The notes under the pieces are model-generated. The model was given only the letters and a program-made list of their open reading frames with translations. It was not told the DNA's origin and ran no database searches. A stretch of 64,000 nt of DNA, taken from NCBI RefSeq assembly GCF_009914755.1, contig NC_060944.1, one strand, 5' to 3'. The translations under genes were made by a program, and so were the position numbers. The DNA comes from the human T2T-CHM13v2.0 reference genome, Homo sapiens. Positions 51,295 through 61,211 of this stretch are shown one piece after another. Within the stretch, counting starts at the first letter, position 1. Each line of letters starts with the position of its first letter.

Positions 51295-51926
51295 TTGTTT
51301 TGAGTCAGGGTCTTGTTCCTGTTGCCCACGCTGGAGTGCAGTGGCATGATCTCAGCTCACTGCAGTCTTGAACTCCTGGGATCAAGCAATCCTCTCGCCT
51401 CTCAGCCTCCTGAGTAGCTGAGATTGTAGGCGTGTACCATCATGCCCAGCCAATTTTTAAATTTTTTGTCGAGACAGGGTCTTGCTATATCAGCCTAGGC
51501 TGGTCTTGAACTCCTTGGCTCAAGTGATCCTCCTGCCTCAAGCCTTCCAAGTTACTGGGATTATCATAGGTGTGAGCCATCATGCCTGGTTAATTTTAAA
51601 AATATTTTTTTGTAGAGATGTCACAGGGAGCTTACAAACACATAAATCTGAACACACTGTCAAATTCTCTTGCTCAGAGCTCTTTGATGCAAAAAATAAA
51701 TAAATAAAAATGCCTTTGATGGCGCCCCAACTCCTGCAGGATAAAGTTCCAGATCTGAATCTGGCCTTTGAAGCCCTTCACACTCCAGTCCCAACTGCTC
51801 AGTCCTGCCCCGCTCCCCTTTATGCCCCAGTGGCCCAGCTGGTCTCAAACTCCTGGCCTCAAGTGATTCTCCCACCTTGGCCTCCAAAAGTGCAGGGATT
51901 ATGGGCATAAGCCACTGCGCCCAGCC
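51295..51926 (-). mobile_element. Compound AluJ-like element carrying a non-Alu insert at 51622-51841
   Basis: Alu arms on both sides of a copy of 50380-50598. Confidence 0.85.
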
Positions 51927-52409
51927 TTCAAACTAGCTTTTATCCTTCAGACTCCTCCGTGTTGATGTCTTCCTTGAGTATCTTTCCTTTCCTAGACAAT
52001 GAGTGTCTTTTGTTCCATGTGTCCCTCCCAGCTGTAGAAGCATTATTCACAGAGTCCTTCGATGTCTTTACCCAAAGAAGAAATTCCAGGCATTGGGTTA
52101 CATTGAGGGCAGATACATTTTGGGCTGGGATCTAAAATCCTGGAGTCTCGCTCTCCTGAAATCGGAACGAACTTCAAAGGTCATCCAGTTCAGAGGCCTC
52201 AGCCCTGGTCGACCTCTGCCTGAGTCTTCCTTGGTGCTGGCAGGCTCACTTTCCTCCAAGGCAGCCTCTCCCGCTGCTGATGGGCTGAGATGGTGAAAAG
52301 TCCCCTTTTGCATGCATCCGCATCCTGCTTCCTGTCGCTGCCCATGGATCTACTTTTGAGGCTACACAAGTCACATCAGCTCCCTCTGCTCCAGGACAGC
52401 TCTTCAAGT

Positions 52410-53001
<592 letters not shown>

Positions 53002-53864
53002 AGCTCTTCAGGTATTGAAAGTCAGTATCTTACTTAAGTCCTTGCAGGTTATAGTATTTGTTGCAAATCACTCAGAGCATTGGGTTTCCTCTTTGCGTTG
53101 TCATGTTTGTTTGTGAGCTTATCTCAGCAGGAAGATGCACCCTGGGTGGTGGAAGGGAACCTACGAGGAAGATCTAGACCCATTTTGAGGCTTGGTTTCT
53201 CAGCCCCAGGTTCATACACTGAGTAGGTAACTCTAGGACTCAGACCCACATGATAGGTGTAAGTTAGACTTGCTAGAGGTTCTGATTCTCCAGGCTAATT
53301 CTGTTGGTCCCTGACAAGAAACCCTACCTTCTGAGCATCCTTGAACAATGAAAAGAATTTTTCCCACTTTCTGGGCTTTCTATAAATTGCTCCAGCCCAG
53401 CTCTCCAGCCTCTGATGCCATAGGAGATTAAAATCCTATTATCTATCAGGTTTGGTTCGTTCACTTACTAGGTATTTATTGACTTTCTATGATGTGCAGG
53501 CACTTGGCAAGGTGCCGGGGACACAGACCAAGCTCCTGCCCTTGTGCAGGTCTTTTCTAGTGGCAGGAGGTAGGCAAGGTACAATCTAAGCTCTACAAAG
53601 AGAATTGAAACAGTGAGGTTCTCACAGAGACAATGCGGAGAGAAAGAAGAAAGGAATACATAATGTAGGATTCCATTCAAACAAATTCTGAAAATAGACA
53701 ACACTAATCTCTGAGGTTAGAAGTCAGTATTATATTGTGGATCAAGCAAGAGTCGGTATAAAAAAAATAAAAATAAAAAAGAAGTCAGTATTCTATTATC
53801 CTAGGTGAGGGATGGCCCGAAGGGGATAATTTTTCATAATTTCTGTTTTTGTACAGGGTACGGT

Positions 53865-54170
53865 TTTGTTTTGTTGTTGCTTTTGAGACTGGGTCTGTTG
53901 CCCAGCTGGAGTGCAATGGTGTGATCTCGGCGCACTGTAACCTCTGCCTCCTGGGTTCAAGCGGTCCTCCCACCTCAGCCTCCTGAGTAGCTGAGACTAC
54001 AGGTGCATGCCACCATGCCTGGCTAATTTTTGTTTGTTTGTTTGTTTGTTGTAGAGATGGGGTTTTGATGTGTTGCCCAGGCTGGTCTTGAACTCCTGAG
54101 CTTAAGTGATGTGTCCGCCTGGGCCTCCCAAAGTGCTGGAATTACAGACATGAGGTACTGTGCCTGACCC
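53865..54170 (-). mobile_element. AluJ-like element hosting the exonised segment
   Basis: Antisense consensus; linker mutated to (TTTG)n. Confidence 0.92.
54055..54154 (+). other. MYH7B: Alu-derived MYH7B 5' exon ending ATG-AG
   Basis: Antisense Alu left arm; TTGTAG acceptor after a (TTTG)n tract; GAG|GTACTG donor; ATG 54150-54152 is in frame with downstream exons. Confidence 0.65.
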
Positions 54171-54329
54171 AGGGTATGTTTACTTTGAGAAAATTCATCA
54201 AACTTTATAAGATCATTCACTGCAGCCTTGACTGTAATGGCAAAAGACTGAAAACAATCGAAATGTCTACCGAGAGGGGACCCGCGTCATTTCCTAATGG
54301 AGACACACTGTAGGACTAATTCCTAATAG

Positions 54330-54670
<341 letters not shown>

Positions 54671-54750
54671 GGCACTGTAATTTTAAATGTGTTCATGTAA
54701 TATGCACACAGTAAAGTGCATACATCTTAGATGTACAGCTTGATTTGTTT

Positions 54751-55675
54751 TGCAAAGTGCACGCACCTGTGTCTCATGGCTCTACTCAGCGTATAGAGCA
54801 TTTCCTGCCTCCCAGAGGCTCTCTGGTGCCTCCAGCCATTACCCTCCCTCAGAGGACCACTCTGCCACTTCTGTCACCATAGGCGAGTTTTGCCTGTTTT
54901 GAATGTAGATGGTTGAAAATGTAGCTGGGAAATTATTTCTCTATATTTCGTCTAGCACACCTGTGCATTTGGAATGGGAGCGCATCGGTCGGAGGACTTC
55001 CCGTGTGAGCCTGGTCTGGCCTCTGGCTGGAACCCTGGATCTGGAACTCCATTGTTCCATGTGTCTGGCGTCTGAGGTTCTCAGATCCTTTCATTCTCGA
55101 TTCTAAAATCCTGTGGCGTCACGGAGCCCTGAATGGGGTGATGGACAGGAGAGCCTGGAGGTGCCCTGACACATTCCAAAGACTGTATCAGGCAGATGGA
55201 CTGCCAGCGCCCTGAACCTCTGTCGAGAGTGGGCCACGGGAAGGTGGCTTCCTGTGAATCTTCAATGTGGGGATCTGAAGGGGCTCCTAACTGGGTTACA
55301 TTTCCTTGATTTGCTTCCATTTCAGCCAAACAATTCCTTGATTCTATAAGTTCCAGGGCTGGTTTTCTTCATGTATGATTTCCCCAGGGGGTCCCCAGAA
55401 AGAGGATGGGGAGGGAGGAAGAGGGAAAGAGGGCATCGATGTGCTCCCACTTCCAAATGCACAAGTGTGCCAGATAAAATATAGAGAAATAAGTGCAAAG
55501 CTACATTTTCAGCCATATACATTCAAAACAGGCAAATCTCGCCTATGGTGATAGAAGTGGCAGAGTGGACCTCTGAGGTAGGGTACAGAGTGGAGGCACC
55601 AGAGAGCCTCTGGGAGGCAGGCGATGCCCTATACCCTGAGTAGAGCCGAGGGGACACAGGTGTTTGCGCTTTGCA
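54751..55675. repeat. Long inverted repeat, arms 54751-54987 and 55437-55675
   Basis: Manual alignment of the reverse complement: about 30 differences in ~238 nt, 31-bp perfect core. Confidence 0.95.
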
Positions 55676-55735
55676 GATGTCTGAGAAGGATGTCCCTCTC
55701 CCCCTACCCCTCCCCCCCTCTCTCTCTCCCTCTCA

Positions 55736-55830
55736 CTCCTTCTCTTTTTGATCTGTTCTTCTCCTTCTCTCTCCTTCTCTTTTTGATCTGTTCTTCTCCT
55801 TCTCTCTCCTTCTCTTTTTGATCTGTTCTT
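55736..55830 (+). repeat. 35-bp pyrimidine-rich minisatellite, ~2.7 perfect copies
   Basis: CTCCTTCTCTTTTTGATCTGTTCTTCTCCTTCTCT starts at 55736, 55771 and 55806 (partial). Confidence 0.95.
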
Positions 55831-56129
55831 GGCCATTGCTCGTCTGTGAGACTTGGCCAATGCTTTCCTTTCTCTGGGCCTCAGTTTCCCTGGATGTATC
55901 AAGAGGGTTGGACTAGCTGGTCCAATCTCAGTAGGCATTCTGTGGTTTCCCCTCTGAGTGTCCTTGCTCTCTGTATCTGGAGGTGGGGTATTTTTCTGGG
56001 TGTGTCAGACTCTGCGTGACTTGGTTTCTCCCCGTGAGCTCTTCAGTCTCCTGAACCTCTTACTGCCTTGTCCCTGTCCCCGTCAGTCTCTGCACCCAGC
56101 CTCCCTGTCTCTCAGTGGAGTGTCTCTCT

Positions 56130-56300
56130 CCGCCTTTGTGATCCCCTGACAATGGGAGGTAAAAATAGCCCAGGGGCCGTGCTGGTGGAGATAAAAGGGA
56201 ATTTGCCTTTTGTGTCCTGTGGCCAGGCTGGGGGGGCTGTGACACGTGGAGATTGCTGACATAGCTCTCCTCCTCTGACCTTGACAGTGGCAATAAAAGG
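56130..56300 (+). promoter_or_regulatory. MYH7B: Muscle-type proximal promoter of MYH7B/miR-499
   Basis: SOX ACAAT 56149, MEF2-like GTAAAAATAG 56159-56168, GATA AGATAA 56189-56194, E-box CACGTG 56243-56248, ERR element TGACCTTGA 56276-56284, TATA-like AATAAAA 56292-56298. Confidence 0.7.
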
Positions 56301-56336
56301 GGTAGCAGAGCTTCCTGCCCTCACCGTGGTGCCGAG
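56288..56336 (+). other. MYH7B: MYH7B 5' exon (UTR, or GNKRGSRASCPHRGAE in the N-extended form)
   Basis: TTGACAG acceptor, GAG|GTAGGT donor, 49 nt. Confidence 0.7.
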
Positions 56337-56661
56337 GTAGGTGATCAGGGCTGGGGTTGGAGCCGAAGGGAGGGCAGGAGGGTGGGCGGGTGGGTGAGGG
56401 TGCCCATGGGTGGCCGCGAGTCTTCTGAATCTGGAGTGGAGGAAGCCCTGGTGTTTGAGGGTGTGCATGTATGCTGGGCACTCACCCAAGGAGGCTGCAT
56501 TGGGAGCCAGAGGGAGTCGCCTAGTATCTGGTCTTGTGGGTTGGGGGATCGTGCCCTAGTTCAGCTCCCTTGTCACTGCCATCTTCCAGTGCCTGCTGCC
56601 TTGGGCCGCCTTGAACCTCCAGGGTTTCCAGCTCCTCCTCCTTCACCCCAGTGCCACTGCC

Positions 56662-56752
56662 ATGATGGATGTGAGTGAACTTGGGGAGTCTGCCCGCTAC
56701 CTCCGCCAGGGCTACCAGGAGATGACGAAGGTGCACACTATCCCATGGGACG
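56662..56752 (+). CDS. MYH7B: MYH7B first coding exon ([30 protein letters not shown]); exon acceptor at 56590
   Basis: GCCATGATGG start context; sarcomeric myosin N-terminus (GxxAxYLR..PWD); GTAAGT donor. Confidence 0.93.
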
Positions 56753-58045
56753 GTAAGTGGAGACAGAGGGGGAGGGGTCATAGCCACAGAGATGCCCTTA
56801 TGGACTCAGACCAGGAATTGGGAGGGGTGGCACCAGCTCAGGGCTGAAGGGGCATTGGGGCCTGACAGCTGGAGCCCTGGACCTTTCCTGCAGAGTCTGG
56901 GGCCTGGAAATTAAAACCCCAGGGACACTGTATATCACTGTGTGTCTGTGAGCAAGCCTTGGTTTGTTCCCCTGTGAAATGGGATAATAGCACCTGCCTT
57001 CCGGAGCTGCAGTTTATGAAGACTCAGGCTGGAGCCCGAGGCCTCTGAGATGAGACTGATCGGCATGTGTGCAGGCTGCCTCCGCGTGTCCACAAAACTT
57101 GTGCTGGGGTTATTTTTAGTGGTTTCTGCAGAGCCAAAGCCACCCTTTATTAGGGACAGGAATAAAGGCTGTACTATTTATGACCTGGTTTGCTCATAGG
57201 ACAATACTAACAATAGGCAGTGTGTACCGAATGCTTATTGTGTGTCAGGCCCAGAGCAGATGACTTTCCATGCATCATCTCAACAACCTGGGGAGGTGGG
57301 GCCAGCACCAGACCTAGCTTCACAGGGCGCCAGGCTAAGAGGGACCTTGTGTTTGATTCGACACTCTGCTGTTGCCGTCTTGAAAGTTTTAATTGTTTTC
57401 AACAAGGGGACCCACATCGTCATTTTGTACTGGGGTCTGTAGGTTATGTAGATGGTCCTAGATGGTTCTAGATGGTCCTGACCCAGGCACTTGGCAGAGC
57501 AGGGGACACAAACTCCGGTTTGCAGCCTGAGTCCATGCTTCTAACCACCATGAAATCTGGGCTCCTCAAAGCTCTGGGGACAGCTGGCCAGGCAGGAGAG
57601 CACAGGTTACAGTTAGGAGGCCTGGGTTTGAGTCTTCAGTGAAATAGGGAAGGCAGGACCCCTCCCTAAGAGTCATATGCCTGATATTGAGGGGCTGCTC
57701 TGTATGGGACCTAAGGAGATCTCCATAACATTTTGCATGTGAGGGAACTGGCCCAGAGAGAATCAGGGATTTTCCTGAGGTCAGAGGGCAAATATGGCGG
57801 AAGCAGGAATTGGAACCCAACCATTAACCCAGACTCATCCTCCAATAAGGGGATCTCTAGGGACCCTCCCAGCTCCGCCCTTCCTGAGCCTGGGTTTGGA
57901 GGGTTCTTCACTGGAACTCCTGGGTCCTGGCAGAGGGGCTTTGGGGAGGGTCACAGCTGTATGGATACCATGGCTTGGGAACTCCAGCTAGAACCTGGAG
58001 GTGCCTCAGCCCCTCTCTGAGTCCAGAGCTCTCTCTGCAACCCAG

Positions 58046-58152
58046 GGAAGAAGCGAGTCTGGGTGCCTGATGAACAGGACGCCTACGTGGAGGCCGAGGT
58101 CAAGTCGGAGGCTACCGGGGGCAGAGTCACCGTGGAGACCAAAGACCAGAAG
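58046..58152 (+). CDS. MYH7B: MYH7B exon ([36 protein letters not shown]), SH3-like domain
   Basis: KKxVWVPD myosin motif; 107 nt restores phase 0. Confidence 0.95.
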
Positions 58153-58316
58153 GTTCCGTTCCCCCTTTCCTGAGATTAGCCTCTCTGTCCCTAGGCCTCC
58201 TGGCCAACAGGATCTGCCCTCTGGTTGAAGGGGGTCTGGGTATGTGGGTGGGGGTGACAGGTGAGGTCGGTCGGTTCCTCCCGGTCCCCCGGCCCCTGAC
58301 ACGATCTCCCTGGTAG

Positions 58317-58460
58317 GTGCTGATGGTGCGTGAAGCCGAGCTGCAGCCCATGAACCCGCCTCGCTTCGACTTACTGGAGGACATGGCCATGATGACGCAC
58401 CTGAACGAGGCCTCTGTGCTGCACAACCTGCGCCAGCGCTATGCCCGCTGGATGATCTAT
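58317..58460 (+). CDS. MYH7B: MYH7B exon ([48 protein letters not shown])
   Basis: NPPxF..EDMA..LNEASVL motor-domain start; 144 nt. Confidence 0.97.
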
Positions 58461-58479
58461 GTGAGCCCCAGGCCCGGGC

Positions 58480-58770
58480 CATGGGCGGGGTGGGGCTTGT
58501 ATGTGGGGCGGGGCTAGAGATGAGGTGCTGGGGGCGGGCCCATAGCGGTGGGGCGGGGCTGTGAGCGGTGGATCGGGGCTGTGAATGATAGAGCGGGTCC
58601 ATAGCGGGGGTGGGGCTGTGAGCGATGAGGCGGGGCTCTGAGCAGTGGGGGCGGGGCTGGAGGTTGGGCCTTGGGACCTTAGGGGAGCAGCTGTAGCAGT
58701 GCGGGGCGGGTCCAGAACTCACCTGCGGACTATGGAGGCCGTGCGTGTGGGCTGGGGCAGGGCTGTGAGC
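58480..58770 (+). repeat. Degenerate G-rich ~20-nt repeat (GGGGCGGGGCTGTGAGCRRTG-like)
   Basis: Roughly ten degenerate copies immediately after the donor at 58461. Confidence 0.85.
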
Positions 58771-58919
58771 ACAAGTCAGGGGTGAGGCCAGGACGGCCAC
58801 AGAGGGTGTGGTGTGGCAAGTCAAGTAGCTCCTTGAGGAATATCGCAGGGTTCTTCTGAAGACTGGGGCCTGGGGCCTGGGGATGGGAACTTGCGTATCC
58901 CTCCCAAAACCCTACCTAT

Positions 58920-59207
58920 GGGGGGAGAATGTGGTGGCCCATGCCTGTAATCCCAGCACTTTGGGAGGGCAAGGCGGGCGGATCACCTGACGTCAGAAGT
59001 TCGAGACCAGCCTGGCCAACATGGTGAAACCCCGTCTGTACTAAAAATACAAAAATTAGCCGGTCGTGGTGGCACGCGCTTGTAGTCCTAGCTACCCTGG
59101 GAGGCTGAGGCAGGACCCAGGAGGCGGAGGTTGCGGTGAGCCGAGATCATGCCGTTGTACTCCAGCCTGGGAGACAGAGCAAGACTCCATCTCAAAAACA
59201 ACAACAT
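58920..59207 (+). mobile_element. Alu; 13-bp TSD AAACCCTACCTAT
   Basis: TSD at 58907-58919 and 59208-59220. Confidence 0.93.
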
Positions 59208-59233
59208 AAACCCTACCTATACTCTCTCTTCAG

Positions 59234-59390
59234 ACCTACTCAGGCCTCTTCTGTGTCACCATCAACCCCTACAAATGGCTCCCAGTCTATACGGCCTCCG
59301 TAGTGGCTGCTTACAAGGGAAAGCGCCGCTCAGATTCCCCGCCCCATATATATGCGGTGGCGGACAACGCCTACAACGACATGCTGCGCA
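59234..59390 (+). CDS. MYH7B: MYH7B 157-nt cassette exon ([19 protein letters not shown]...[17 protein letters not shown])
   Basis: YSGLFCVxxNPYK and PPHI motifs; TTCAG acceptor; GCA|GTAAGG donor. Confidence 0.97.
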
Positions 59391-59688
59391 GTAAGGGCCG
59401 CCTGGACTCCTCCCCAACCGCAGACCCCGACCTCGGTCCCGGGAGGCCTCTGTAAGGGACCCCCTTCCCCCACTGGCACTGCCCCCCTTTTGACGCTGCT
59501 GGACATGGTCGCCCAGCCGTTCTGTCCCTCCGCATGGGAGCTGACCTCCACTAGGGACAGCCCCACCTGCTCCTTCCCATTCCTGGCTCTGGGTGGTGGG
59601 GTCTGCCCCAGATGGATACCCAGGGTGTTCCACCTGTGGCTGGCCCCACACCTTGGCTGACTTCTCTATCCCCTTCCCTTTCCTCCAG

Positions 59689-59716
59689 ACCGAGACAACC
59701 AGTCCATGCTGATCAC
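59689..59716 (+). CDS. MYH7B: MYH7B 28-nt exon (NRDNQSMLIT)
   Basis: NQSxLIT motif preceding the P-loop; CCAG/GTGAGT. Confidence 0.95.
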
Positions 59717-60181
59717 GTGAGTGTGGGGCTCTGGGGGTGGGGTGGAAAATGCTGGCCATCTGGCAGAAAGAGGGCGGTACCACAGTCATTTCCCAGGATT
59801 GAATCCAAAGTGCTTAGGCCAGGACTTTTACCACCTGGAGCTAGTGTCCCAGCTGAAGCTAAATTAGGCCTGAGCACTTTCCCTGCCCCCATTCTGAACA
59901 GATGTGTTCTTGATGGGGGATAGGGAGGGGACACCCACAAACGGAGTGACCACCAGCCCCACACCTCCTCTCCCCGGGGCCTGGAATCTCCCACCTTGAT
60001 CCTCTGGGGTTCTAATTCTGGCTCAGGGGCAGCGGAAAGATTCCTCTGCTTTTCCTCCTTTTTACCATCTACTTATGTCTGAATCTTACCTCTGATCTTT
60101 CCATTGCCTCTGTGGGAAAATGGTAGAATAATTCTTACATGCCAGGCTCATGTCCAGTCAGGCCAATATGGACAATGTTTA

Positions 60182-60732
<551 letters not shown>

Positions 60733-61114
60733 TTATGAGTCAGTGAGTTGATATATGTGCCTGGCACACAGCAGGGACAGCCACAGAACTCCTGAGGCCC
60801 AGTTCCTTGTTCCTAAAATGGGGGTGATAATGGAGCCTGCCTTCCAGGGTTTTCTGAGCTGTAACTGAGCCAATGGAGTAAAGTGCCGGGCACTGAGTTA
60901 GTCCGTAGTGGACAATGGCATCATCGTGTGTTGTCATCTCACAGGGATGGTCTACACTGGCTTGCTTTGTACACCTCTGAGGGTTGATCCATCCTTGGGG
61001 GTTTCAAGCTGGGGGGAAGGAGAGGTGGAGGGCTCTGCTTGAGGGGTGAGGCATTGGGGGTGGGGGAGAATTAGGCCAGATGGGCATTGGTGACTCATGT
61101 TTGTGTCGTCCAAG

Positions 61115-61211
61115 CGGAGAGTCGGGGGCCGGTAAGACGGTTAACACCAAGCGGGTCATTCAGTACTTTGCCATCGTCGCTGCCCTGGGAGACGGGCCGG
61201 GCAAGAAGGCC
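61115..61211 (+). CDS. MYH7B: MYH7B P-loop exon ([32 protein letters not shown])
   Basis: GESGAGKT P-loop; AAG acceptor, GTAAGA donor. Confidence 0.97.

Noticed and set aside
55736-55830. Regular short repeats resembling a CRISPR array
   Set aside because: No unique spacers and a eukaryotic context; it is a head-to-tail minisatellite.
57449-57480. Three copies of TAGATGGT(C/T)C
   Set aside because: Tiny slippage repeat at the edge of an old repeat fragment with no sign of function.
58006-58824. Longest ORF in the track (272 aa, minus strand)
   Set aside because: Antisense to GC-rich MYH7B exons and the G-rich repeat; low-complexity Pro/Ala/Ser with no recognisable domain, as expected from stop-codon depletion.
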